DNA of 64,000 nt, from NCBI RefSeq assembly GCF_006345805.1, contig NC_043000.1, forward strand, positions 134,974,001-135,038,000. The letters run 5' to 3'. The translations under genes were made by a program, and so were the position numbers. Of this stretch, positions 25,378 to 37,899 are shown piece by piece (position 1 is the stretch's first letter; each line of letters starts with the position of its first letter). This DNA comes from Octopus sinensis (lineage: Eukaryota). Under the pieces are notes generated by a model that was given only the letters and a program-made list of their open reading frames with translations, did no database searches and was not told the DNA's origin.

Positions 25378-26135
25378 GTGATACAAAAAAGGGACAACAA
25401 AACTTCCAGATAGACGATACAAAGAAAACAAGGACGGGTCATTCGGAGTTTTCTTTTCTCAGTCGAGTTCCAGATTTTTTCGGGTGGTTATACTCGATAT
25501 TGCTACAATCTGGCCAGCCCCAAGGAAAAACTAAGCTAAGAACATTAGATTCCTTGGAAGAAAGCAGCGAATGTATACGAAAACAAGGACGGAAAAAATG
25601 GAGAATGTTACACAAATACAAATAACAGGACATAACAGGTGTCTTTCGACTAAGGACGAATTAAATTAGGCTACCGTGTGTGGAAGTAAAGCCATACGGC
25701 AGAGATACAAGTTTACACCGGCACAGGGAGGAGTACAGATGTTGCTCGGACGGCGGCCAAATCAAGAAAGAAAGGTCAAGCTTGGCCGAACACCGGTCAC
25801 GTGAGGAGAGGAGAGAGTGAGGTAAAGGGACAGAAACATTCTCCGTTTTTTGCCGTCTTTGTTTTCTTATACATTCGCTGCTTTCTTCCAAGGTATCTAA
25901 TGCTCTTAGCTTATTTTTTCCTTGGTTTTGGCCAGATTGTAGCAATCTCGAGTATAACCACCCGAAATAATCTGGAACTCGACTGAGAAAAGAAAACTCC
26001 GAATGACCCGTCCTTGTTTTCTTTGTATCGTCTATCTGGAAGTTTTGTCGTCCCTTTTTTTGTATCACCTTACTGTCTGGATGTTTTGCGTTCTGGATGT
26101 TTTGTGTTCTGGATGTTTTGTGTTTGTATTTTTTA
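25373..26135. mobile_element. Element with about 235-bp inverted arms and a one-sided tail (PLE-like inverted pLTR structure)
   Basis: 25373-25608 is the reverse complement of about 25834-26073; flanked by TA-rich sequence. Confidence 0.7.
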
Positions 26136-26379
26136 TATATAAAAAATATAGCTACGTACGTACACTTTGGTCTCTAATATGTAAGTATATATTTATCTAA
26201 ATCTTGTACGACTCCATTCTTTCTATTATTCTTTCCTTCTTTCTATCAACCCTTTCACTCTTACTTCGTTCATTCCACTCTTCGTTCTTTTGTTCCCCCT
26301 CTCTCACATTTCCTTGCCTTCTCTTCATGCTCACTTTCCCGCCTCTCTTCACTTCACTGTTTTTTTCATGCCCCTCCTT

Positions 26380-26775
26380 ATTTCTTCTGTCTCTCTACAT
26401 CTCTCTCTTCTCTCTCTATGTGACCGGTGTTCGGCCAAGCCTGACCTTTCATTCTTGGTTCGGCCGCCGTCCGTGCAACATCTGTACTCCTCCATATGCC
26501 TGTGAAATCTTGTATTCCTGCTGTAAGGCTTTACTTTTTTTCTGTTCTTGTTTTCGTATACATTCGCTGCTTTCTTCCAAGGAATCTAATGTTCTTAGCT
26601 AAGTTTTCCTTGGGGTTGGCCATTTTGGTGCAATCTCGAGCATAACCAGCCGAAATTGCAAAGATAATCTGGAACTCGACTGAGGAAAGAAGACTCCGAA
26701 TGACCCGACCTTGATTTCTTTGTATCGTCTATCTGGATGTTTTGTTGTCCTTTTCTGTATCATCTAACTGTCTAC
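26380..26775. mobile_element. Third, internally deleted copy of the 25373 family
   Basis: gtgaccggtgttcggccaagc...catctgtactcctcc...cattcgctgctttcttccaaggaatc...gtatcgtctatctgga. Confidence 0.75.
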
Positions 26776-26854
<79 letters not shown>

Positions 26855-27381
26855 CAAGATATCATAAAGAAGAACGGAGAATCATACATCTTCAAAACTT
26901 GTTTCTTATAGTATTAATCCTATTAAATTCACATTAGATTGCAACTTGACACGTGTTTTTGTTGCTTAAATTTCCTAATGTCCTTTGATGTAGCATTTAT
27001 GTGCATTTAGCTGGTTAAGCGCAGTCTGTATCTATCCAGGTTAGACATACCTATGAAATTTTGTTCATGTTTTTACCCACATTGGTGGTTGAAATGAACT
27101 GAGGAATTCCATATTAGATAGTTGTTTTTAAAATATATTCTAAATTAAGGAATCATAAAGTCTTAGTATATATGATGATAGAAATTGCTTTCAAATACGA
27201 TATGGCTACAATGTTGGTGCTATTTAAACTTAGAATGACCATTGAGAGTGTAAGGGAGTAGGTTATTTTACATAGTTAGCAACTGAAAAAATGTTGATTA
27301 GTCCAGGATACATTCACCTCACTGACCACTCATAATGAAGATAGGTTGATAGATTGAGATTTATACATACATATATATATA

Positions 27382-27632
27382 TCAACAATTGAGGGTAAAA
27401 TTAATTAATTAATCAATTTCACCAAGTGTTCAGTATGTAAAAGGACCATTTAAGGCGAATTCAAAATATTACATTATATAATTAGGGCTTAGTAAAATAA
27501 ATTACTTTGCCACATACTGAACTTAGTAGAAATAGCAGCCAAAAAAACTTTTTCTGAGCATTTCTACTACTTAAAGAAAATTTCTCTCAGATAATGTTTA
27601 CTCCAGACAGCTCACGAAGGTTTGGAGGTAAA
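27382..27632 (-). mobile_element. 3' fragment of family H4
   Basis: tcaacaattgagggtaaaattaatt...ctcacgaagg matches 11006-11260; stops before the HHR. Confidence 0.8.
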
Positions 27633-28599
27633 TACAGAAAAATATCACAAGTACATAGATCGTTACATATATATATATATATATATATTGCATGATATGC
27701 ATGTGTACACGCATCGTTGTATCAAAAGTAAATGTCTATATGAGTATGTACGTGTTGATTCAAAAATAGCCGCATTTCGACAACTAGCTCCAGTCAAGGC
27801 CAACGCGGTATAACCCAATTAACTAATAGAAATAACAAAAATATATATAAATGTGAAGAATTTTAAAAGAATCAAAAATATATAGAAAAAGAAAAAAAAA
27901 TGGTAACACTTCTTGTTTATTGTTTATTGTTTTGTAAATGGACATCATTGACACAATTTGAACCGTCACAATATTTCCTTGTTAATTTATTAACTCCATA
28001 CATGTTGATTATTTATTTAACTATCTAATTGCCTTGTCAGTGAAATATGGTAAACGGAAACTGTGCGGGTGCCCCGTCGTGTGTATATGTGTATGTGTGT
28101 GCATATATATTTATAAATGTATGCATATGTGTGTGAGTGTGTATGTGTGTATGTATGTATATATGTGTGTGAGAGTGTATGTATGTATATGTGTGTGAGA
28201 GTGTATGTACGTATGTGTGTGTGTTGCAACGTTTATGATCGTGTGATAACATAGAGAAAGCACATAGGGAACTCATTACTTGCGTAGAGTGAATATGTGT
28301 GTATATATACAGTGTAAATACTGTTACTAATGACCTGTTATTGTTAGTTTCACCATTAAAATTTATTAATCATGTTAGTTTGATTTATTGAAATTCGTAT
28401 TAAGTGTTCATTCCACCATATAAAAATTATGGCTGAAATAGTCTGTCATGCGCACAATCAAGGACTTGCAAGCAGTTGTGGGTTCAAAATTTGTTAGCAA
28501 CCAGTTCTCTCTATTTTTCTTTCTGTCCCTTCTTTTTTTTTTTTCTTGGCTCTGAAATTAGGGATCGCTTCTCTCCCTATTTTACATTCCTAAATTTTC

Positions 28600-29750
28600 T
28601 TTCCCGATGGAATTGCAAGATATAAACCAACAAAAATGGCTTTTATATAATAAGATACTTTCATTTATCCTCATGCTTCAAATATTTCCATACTGAATCT
28701 TGATTTTTATCATATATTTTTTTCATTTTTGTCGACAGCTATGTGATTTTTCTGCAACCGCATTTTTACAAAATCTGTACAATCCTACAATTTCAATGGC
28801 ACGCCGATCAAATTTATCACCATAAGATTTGCCACATACTTTTTAACTGCAAGATGATTCCTTTGACGAGAATATGTAATGTTCAACATTTTAAATATTC
28901 TTCCTGCTTTTGCAGAACGTTAATTATAGTTTTTGCTTTATGTTTGGTTTATGTACAGTTATCGAGATCTCATTCTGGCAATTTTGGGTAGCATTTTGAA
29001 CATAATCTCATAAGTCATTGACACTGATCAAATGATAAAATTGTTTATATAATTCATCGAATTTTTTTCAAGCTCTTTCCATGAGACAACAAATTCATCT
29101 ATGTACTATGTTTACCAATTCATAAATTATGCTAGTTTCTTTGTTCATTATTTCTTGATTTTGTATCCTCGTGCATCAGTCTAGGTTTCATATTCCTTAT
29201 TACTGCATCCCTAGGAAGGAAGGTTTATATATTTCCTATTTTCACCAAACTCAATAAACTAAAATGCTTTCGGTGAAATGGTTTCATCTATTTTCCATTC
29301 ATAGAACAGCTTCGCTCTCTATGTATTTGATAAACTTTGCTTAATTTTTTTCAGCTCATGTTAGGTTTAACTTTATTGCTTGAAGAGTATTTGTTATTAA
29401 CGATGTCAAAATCCTCTAGAAGAGATTTGTTGGGAAAGGTTGCTAGCTATTCTTCTGTGTATATATATATATGTATATGCATGATATATATATATAGTAG
29501 AAGAAAATTCGGACACTGCTGGGTAAGAATACTATATGCAACAGCTGGTCTAAGGCTGCAAACAGCCTATATTGGTTCTAGTACTCTACTAATCTTTAAG
29601 ATTTCTAATCCAAGTTATCCTGAAATTTTAATAAGTTTCATTTGATTGGTGAAATATCAATAAATATTATAAAGTGGATTACTTCATTATGTCTTTGATA
29701 AAATCATCCAGATAATGACTCAAGTAGTGCCAAATTATGATCTCTGGAAA
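28600..29750 (-). pseudogene. Possible highly decayed PLE RT remnant
   Basis: Weak minus-strand motifs ILSFD and FD..AIEIVGLY (compare PLE MGSFDGAE.CELVGLY). Confidence 0.3.
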
Positions 29751-29793
29751 AGCATGCTTCAGTTCAGTAAGAACATCGTTAAAAATGATTTAT

Positions 29794-29968
29794 AGGCGTA
29801 GGAGTGGCTGGGTGGCAAGTAGCTTGCTAACCAACCACATGGTTCCGGGTTCAGTCCCACTACGTGGCATCTTGGGCAAGTGTCTTCTGCTATAGCCCCG
29901 GGCCGACCAATGCTTTGTGAGTGGATTTGGTAGACGGAAACTGAAAGAAGCCTGTCGTATATATGTAC

Positions 29969-30001
<33 letters not shown>

Positions 30002-30231
30002 GCATGTGTGTGTTTGTGTGTCTGTGTTTGTCCTCCAAGCATTGCTTGACAACCGATGCTGGTGTGTTTACGTCCCCGTCACTTAGCGGTTCGGCAAAAG
30101 AGACCGATAGAATAAGTACTGGGCTTACAAAGAATAAGTCCCAGGGTCGATTTGCTCGACTAAAGGCGGTGCTCCAGCATGGCCGCAGTCAAGTGACTGA
30201 AACAAGTAAAAGAGTAAAGAGTAAAGAGTAA
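29794..30231 (+). mobile_element. SINE family A, full length
   Basis: Consensus match; tail gtaaaagagtaaagagtaaagagta. Confidence 0.9.
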
Positions 30232-31269
30232 TCCTAAGTATTGTAGACAGTATTAAACACTTACATGTAATGCATAGAGATATGATTTTTGAATTGTAAC
30301 CTCTTTACATTTTCTCATTGGCATTTCCTAAATATTATGTTCTTTTGATGATAACTGGCTATTTCTCTTCATTTCTCCTCCTAAGAGCTGCCTGCATGTC
30401 TGCCTGTTATACATCTTTATTTGTTCCCTTAAAACTGATAAACTCAAAGTTTGTGTAATGATCAGATCTAAGTTTCTTGTTGATAATGAGCGACCCATTA
30501 TATTTCATTCTTGAACTCCTCAGCCGGCTTCCAACTCCAGTAATCTGGAAAACTATTTAATTTGTCTTGCGCAATTTTGAGTTTCATAACATCCAGTTTC
30601 TGCATTGGTACTCCCTAATTTCTGTTGACCCTAATACATCATTACATCATGTAATTAATAATTTTTTGATGTTGTTTTTCAATTACATACGTCTATAATA
30701 TATAATTTTGTTTCGTAAAATACTCATACTTTTAAAATGAAACTATTGCTGGATCATTACGTCTTAAAATTGATGTTTATTTTATATTATTTCTAATTAA
30801 ATCCTAATAAGTTACCTAAATTTTTCTCTTCTTGCAATACATGTGCTTTTGAAATGAAAGCATTTTTCTCCATGAGAAAATGAGTTATGTATAACAACAT
30901 CATCGTTTGCTTGAAATATTGAAACAAAAGCGAAGGCCGTTCGGCTATGGTTGATATCATATGAAGTCCATAATTTCTGCTGACTCTAATACCTGCAACT
31001 TATAATTAATGATTTTAATGTTATTTCTAATTAAATATTTCTCAATGAAAATTAAAGTATTGCTGTTTCTTATACATCACTGCATATTAAAATTAATGTT
31101 TTTTTTTTCTTCTATTTAAAATAATCATAAGTTACCGAAATGTTCTTCTCTCTTCGTAATACATATGCTTTTAAAATGAAAGTGATTTTGTTGCTGTTGT
31201 TTTTTTACTCGCTGAAGTACACAATATTTTGTTTTCGTTTGCTACTTAAAGTAAACTATATTTTTATAT

Positions 31270-31607
31270 TGCAGCGTGGAAGGTGTTTATAAGTCATTTA
31301 AGAAACACACAAAAACCGTTAGATTCATTTCAACATTTAAATTTAATTTGTCAAAATATTTTCGTCGCTTTAAAACTGTGACCTGTTCATTGACAAAATT
31401 CCGTGCTACACGGAATTTTGTCAGTGAACAGGTCACAGTCTCAAAGTGATGAAAATATTTTGACAAATTAAATTTAAAAGTTGAAATGAATCTAACGGTT
31501 TTTGTGTGTTTCTTAAATGGCTTATAAATACCTTCCACGCTGCAATTGTTTTCGTTCCAGCACACGATCTCAGATCAGGTCACTTGCTATGCAAGTACAT
31601 CTCTGTA
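31270..31607 (+). mobile_element. Family H1 element: about 135-bp inverted arms, 60-bp tail, 12-bp TSD, two HHR motifs
   Basis: Palindrome centred near 31407; TSD atatttttatat at 31258-31269 and 31608-31619. Confidence 0.85.
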
Positions 31608-32306
31608 ATATTTTTATATATTCCCCATTTATTTAAAATTAGCTCAAAAGCCACACTCCGTGCAGGCTTTTCATATATCTATTGCGGAAGGCTAATTAGG
31701 CCTGCAGCCCAAGACTAAAGAGAGCTAAAATGTATGACTATTATAAGTCTATAATGACGATATGCCCTTGTGGTTTTTGATCAGAGGTAAAAGACGAATG
31801 AGAATTAATTCTGTACTGCGATTATTCTATTGTTCCAGTCCCAAGTTGAATTCCAACTGTTGACCAATTTGTAAAAATAACAAAGCGAATGTCATTTCTC
31901 TTCCCCTTGATGTCTGATGTCATCTGACAAACGCCAAGCAAGATGGCGTAAATCAGCCAAGTATTACCTGCTAGAAAAAACAACCCAAATGATTTTAAGA
32001 CAGATTTCAATGCTGGAAGTTCGAGAACCAAATCAAGAGCATATTTTCAATCCCGGGATCATCCTGATTCCAAAGAGGTATAATAGTCTGTGTAGAGTAA
32101 ATGTAGACTGAGATACAGGGGTCCAAGCCAGACAGAGAATTTCGCTTTTATTAATATAGATTACACAAATTGTTATTTTAGGGATTTTAAAGTGAAATTA
32201 GAAAACAGTAACTTAGAATTAATGTTTTTAGTGACGCTAAGAACATTTTATAAAATTGCACTGAAGAATCATATTTCTTGGAAAAGGTACTTTGCATCTC
32301 AACATA

Positions 32307-32772
32307 TACAGGAGTGACTGTATGGTAAGTAGCTTGCTTACCAACCACATGGTTCCGGGTTCAGTCCCACAGCGTGGCACTTTGGTTAGGCGTATTCTTC
32401 TATAGCCTCGGGCCGACCAAAGCCTTGTGAGTGGATTTGGTAGACGGAAACTGAAAGAAGCCTGTCATATATATATGAATATACATATAAATATACATAT
32501 GTGCGCGTGTGTGTGTGTGTATCTGTGTGTGTGTGTGCGTGTATGTGTGTGTGCGTGTGTGTGTGTGTGTTTGTATCCCACCATGGCTTGACAACTGATG
32601 TTGGTGTGCTTACGTCCCTCGTAACTTAGCGGTTCGGCCATTAAGACCGATAAAATAAGTACTAGGCTTACAAAGAATAAGTCTTGGGGCCGATTTCTTC
32701 GACTAAAGGCGGTCCTCCAGCATGGCCACAGTCAAATGACTGAAACAAATAAAAGACTAAAAGTATAAAAGA
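32307..32772 (+). mobile_element. SINE family A
   Basis: Consensus match. Confidence 0.9.
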
Positions 32773-32845
32773 ACAGGCAGAAGAAATTCTGAGGATATTT
32801 TGACGATTTCAAAGTAAAATCTGCATGATGAAATGCAAATTCAAA

Positions 32846-33063
32846 TACTCTTTTACCCTTTTACTTATTTCAATCATTTGACTGTAGCCATGCTGGAGCA
32901 CTGCCTTTAGTCGAGCAAATCGACCCCAGGACTTATACTTTGTAAGCCTAGTACTTATTCTATCGGTCTCTTTTGCCGAACCGCTAAGTTACGGGGATAT
33001 AAACACACCAACATCGGTTGTCAAACGATACTGGAGAGGGGACAAACACAGATATACAAACAT

Positions 33064-33112
<49 letters not shown>

Positions 33113-33289
33113 CATGCATACATATATACGACGGGCTTCTCTCAGTTTCCGTCTACCAAATCCACTCACAAGGCTTTGGTCGGCCCGAGGCCATAGTAGA
33201 AGACACTCGTCCAAGGTGCCACGCAGTGGGACTGAACCCAGAACCATGTGGTTGGTAAGCAAGCTACTTACCACACAGCCACTCCTGCG
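32846..33289 (-). mobile_element. SINE family A, tail-to-tail with the previous copy
   Basis: Consensus match. Confidence 0.9.
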
Positions 33290-33640
33290 TTTATTAATTA
33301 TTAATAATAGATTCCCAAACGTGAACAAAATACAAAAATACCTATAAAAAAATACGGTCAAAGAGCTTTAAAAGTGCCTTAAACTTCTACTAATGATCGA
33401 AGATGAACCATATGTATTGGAATTCATAGCAGTGTATGAAGTATATGGTTACTTGTTCCTGCAATTGTTACATTTTAAGTGGCTCCTGTTTCTTAGAGCC
33501 AGAAGTTATTTTCCGGCTAATCGATCATTATATTAGATTTCATTTCGCTGTGGAAGGGAAAACTTCTCAGTAAGTATGTAGTCACGTTAGCTGCCATAAT
33601 ATGAATTAAGCAACGGAATTTAAGAACGGGTTCTTATGTA

Positions 33641-33788
33641 CATTATTTACATTATTTACATTTGATGAATATTTGTCCTCATCTTGTTTATTGTTAACGC
33701 AACGTTTCGTCTGATATACCTTCCAGCCTTCTTCAGGTGTCTTGGGGAAATTTCGAACTTGGGTTCTCCTTCCTAAGGTATTTTTCGA

Positions 33789-33839
<51 letters not shown>

Positions 33840-34085
33840 TATTATTATTATTGCTGTTGTTGTTGTTGTTGTTCAGCTCACTGCTTGGAATCGAACTCGG
33901 AATCTTGGGGTTTGTAGCCCGCGCCCTTAACCACTACGCCATTTGCCCCCAAGACACCTGAGGAAGGCTGGAGGGTATATCAGCCGAAACATTGTGTTAA
34001 CAACAAACAAGATGAGGACAAATATCCGTCGAATGTAAATAATGTAAATAATGTACATAATTCCTCATCTCTTATATATAGAACT
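33641..34085 (-). mobile_element. tRNA-head + HHR element, family H5, with inverted 3'-end duplication and 13-bp TSD
   Basis: A box at 33931-33941 and B box at 33887-33898 (minus); HHR motifs at 33696-33741 (-) and 33953-33998 (+); TSD gggttcttatgta at 33628-33640 and 34086-34098. Confidence 0.85.
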
Positions 34086-34399
34086 GGGTTCTTATGTAGT
34101 TTTATTAACTGGTTCGAGCGAAGAGTTGTAAACCCCATGAATCACATTACTGCTTGCAGTTAAGATAATAGAAAATTTTCTTAAAGTAGTTAGTTCCTTT
34201 GCGTATAGCATATGTAATTATAGTTAGCAATATTAACTCAAGAAGGATAAATCGACAGAGAAATGTTCTCGTTTATAAGACTATGTAAGGGATCATTAAT
34301 AAACGTGAACAATATGTCCTCTGGTGAGTTGAAAATTATAATATATTAAGGCACCTAAATAACAATATTATAATATAACAATATTATAGATAAAAGCGG

Positions 34400-36110
34400 A
34401 TATCTCTAAATCAAAGATAATTCATCTAAAATGGAACACAAAAAAATTATTGAAAATTGGATATGTCTAAAATATAAATTAAACGGTCTTGGGGTGTATA
34501 GAAAATTCAGATTTCGTTATCTGACTTGGAGAAAATTCTAATAAATATCGTTCATCAGATGGGTTTTGGAATCACTGGATTTCAGCAAAACTCTGCAGCA
34601 ATGTCTACAGACACCAAAACAATCTGAATGGGTGTTCAAATAAGCTTTATATGGTTTGCAGAGTGTAATATTATAGCCTTCTAAGTGATACATGGTGTAT
34701 TTGTCAATTCTATTAATAGTCTACGTTTTTCTCTAATTCTTTATTTAATTGTGTAGTCAGTGTCTTTATGTTGCCATTCATATTTTGATTAAAAAAATAT
34801 TTTTATCGAAATTTATTTTTCGCTTTATTTCCGAGGTAGTAATATTAGTATATCTTTATTCGAATACTTCTTCAATCATTCTGATTATTTTGTTTCAGTT
34901 TTCCTGTTCTTGTTTTAAATTTGACTTCTGCTCCATTCATTGCTGCCTCGATATTATAGTCGTGATTAAAGAGGTATATAATTTTGCTATTGCGATTTCA
35001 TTCATCAACTACTAATACCGTCTGTTTAGTGGTTAAATTACTTTTAATGTATACTGTATGTAACTTTCAAGCAGTTTAGGGAAAGCGTTATACGAGCTCA
35101 AGTAATCTCTTGTTTATTTTGGTTTTAAATGACTGGTGAAACAGATAATATTGCGGGGCTTATTTGTAGATATTTTTAGGAATATAGTTAGTCATAGTTT
35201 TCAAGCAAAAGTGCTATCATAATAGTTTGCTGTAGTATCAGAGATCTATTTGCAAAAAGAAGGGGTTAGAGTTTTATGAATTACATTTCTAAAAATACTT
35301 GACGGATAGCAAGTATCTTTATTAACAGATATTCCTCTTCAAAATGTTAGTTGAAGGCTTTATGCATGTAAATGTTAAGCCTCGAGTGATGTCTAAGACG
35401 TTAGTTGTTCTTAGATTAGTATTAATCGTGGTTCCTAGTCCTAACAGACTGGAATTGCTTAAGTCTTTTCTAACCTTATCTAAGATGTATCCACTGGCGT
35501 AAGTGGATACGTCTAACCTATCATCTCGATAAAAACTAATATTGAGGCTATTGAAATTTTCTTTGAAAGCATCAAATAAATATAAGCTGATGAGATGGCA
35601 TGCATCTAGGCTCTTACTTGACTCCTATACTCACATTCAAAGTGAGTAGGCTTCATTATCTAGACATAGGATTTATCAGATTGCAATGTTTTTTTCTGAT
35701 ATGAGTTATCCCTACATCTCTTTTAACTGTATCACAATATCTTTTCGTTGCGTGTTCTAAAACCTTCTTGAGTCGAAATCAACAATGTCAAAGTGCATAA
35801 ATCTAGAATTACATTATCGCTAACCCTCTTGAACAACACGATGACAGTGTTACAATCAACCAACTCCTGTAAGTTAGTCACTTCCTGATTTTTTTTTCAA
35901 TCGTCTTCTCTACAAACTTTTTACTGATTAGCCCTATAACTGTTTTGGCTGACTTTATTGCTTTAAAGCTACGGTTAACATTTAAAAACATCATTTTGTC
36001 ATCCTTGACTGTAACAAATGCTTCTCGTTTAGGTGGCCATGCGATCCTATTATTTAATCCTATTTCCTTTTTTTACATGTTTAGCTTCTAGATTAATGCC
36101 ATTACATGTT
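34400..36110 (-). pseudogene. Decayed Penelope-like retroelement RT
   Basis: Minus-strand FVTVKDDK..SAKTVIGLISK (compare FITLKDHK..NPAKSEIG.ISK), RFMHFDIVDF, SFYRDD, LDIT, RNIICF (compare RNIIWFNPP). Confidence 0.75.
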
Positions 36111-36145
36111 AACACGGCATTTTTACAAGTATTTTCTTATAAGTA

Positions 36146-36478
36146 ACAATTGCAGCGTGGAAGGTGTTTATAAGCCATTTAAGAAATACACAAAAATCGT
36201 TAGATTCACTTCAACTTTTAAATTTAATTTGTCAAAATATTTTCGTCGCTTTGAGACCGCGACCTGTTCACTGACAAAATTCTGTGTTTTGTCAGTGAAC
36301 AGGTTGCGGTCTCAAAGCGATGAAAACATTTTGACAAAGTAAATTTAAACGTGGAAGTGAATCTAACGATTTTTGTGTGTTTCTTAAATGGCTTATAAAC
36401 ACCTTCAACGCTGCAATTTTTTAGTTCCAGCACACGATCTCAGATCAGGTCACTTGCTATGCAAGTACATTTCCGTAA
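36146..36478 (+). mobile_element. Family H1 element with inverted arms, tail and TSD; best HHR motif at 36228-36278 (-)
   Basis: Same structure as 31270-31607; TSD tttcttataa at 36133-36142 and 36479-36488. Confidence 0.85.
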
Positions 36479-37382
36479 TTTCTTATAATTATTTTAGGCA
36501 TTATCTTCATATGTTTTTGTATATAATATAGGAGTTATTTTATGTCGGTTATCAATTTTGTCGGAAAATATGAACGTAAGTTTTGGATGCCGTTTTTGTA
36601 GTCATAGAATTTTATATTCAACGTCAAATTCATTACATTGGAAGAGACTGATTATTATTTTCTGGAGTTAGAGTTCTTTTGAAGAAGTATTATTAGTGTT
36701 GAAGATAATAGGAATAAGACCTCATATACTTGAACATTTTCCAGTAGTCTCGTTAAATAAACGGTAGAATAATGTTGGATCTCCATTAGTTTTCTTATCT
36801 CGCTGCACTTTTTCTTCTATTCTTTCTTGCTCGTATTTCTCCTCCCCTCTTCCTTGTAAAATGGATTGGCTGCATCTGTATAAAAAAAATTATTATTTCA
36901 GATTACGTGATTATATTTCTCTTTTAAATTTTAAGTTCCATTGCCTTTTTCTCTTCATTATGTTTTTTTCTTTTTTGTAAAACACAACATAATACAATAT
37001 TTTACTTATATGATATATGATGTATGATATATATATATATATATACATGCTTTTTTTTTCAACTTTTAAAATGTGTGTAATATTAGTGTTATTCTTGGTA
37101 ACATACCAAATGAACTACTTTTTAAGTAGGGTACTTTAGCTTAATTCTAGCTAAATTTTATTCAAACTCTTTTACTGGTGTCACTCTTTATTGAGTGTAT
37201 ATATACATGTGTGTATATATATATAAATATATATATAGAGAGAGAGACAGAGAGACAGACAGATGAAGGCAGACAGGGAAGCGGGGATGATGTAAGGGGA
37301 AAGAAAGCAGTCAATCACATATATATATATATATATATATACATATATACAATTTGTGTGTATGTGCATGTGTCTGTGCGTT

Positions 37383-37413
<31 letters not shown>

Positions 37414-37899
37414 TGTGTGTGTGTGTGTTCATGCGTGGCTCGCAGTAAATTCATCGTGAACCAACATGCTTTTGGTAAATTGGTAAGTTCATGGTCGTGC
37501 CAAATCCATCGTCGATAAACTTACGTCATAATTTTCTTCACAGTGCTAATACATCGCGAAACATAATTTTAGAAATCCTGAAAAAGGAACAATCAAATAA
37601 CACAATGTAACACATGCTTTGTTTATTTGTATTTTTTATTGTTCATATATGCACTTTTTTTGCACTAAATTCAAAAATCACATTCGTTTTGACATAACAT
37701 CGATAGTTATTTATTTATTCCTAATTACATATTTGCTCGTTATATTCGTAACTTTTCTCTACAGCGCTTTGTAGGTTCAATCCATTAGTACTTTTTCATA
37801 TATTGAAAGGTATGTAGGAAGTATAATATTAGAACAAAAAGAAACAATAAAACTATGTACTGTAAATGCCTTGATAGCTCTTTTTTTTAAGATGAGCAG

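Noticed and set aside
26670-26712. CTGAGGA...CCGAA as a hammerhead
   Set aside because: No credible stems I or III, and GAAA is incomplete
31800-32160. Helitron-like 5' end (tctatattaataaaag on the minus strand)
   Set aside because: No matching 3' hairpin or CTRR end found; too weak to annotate
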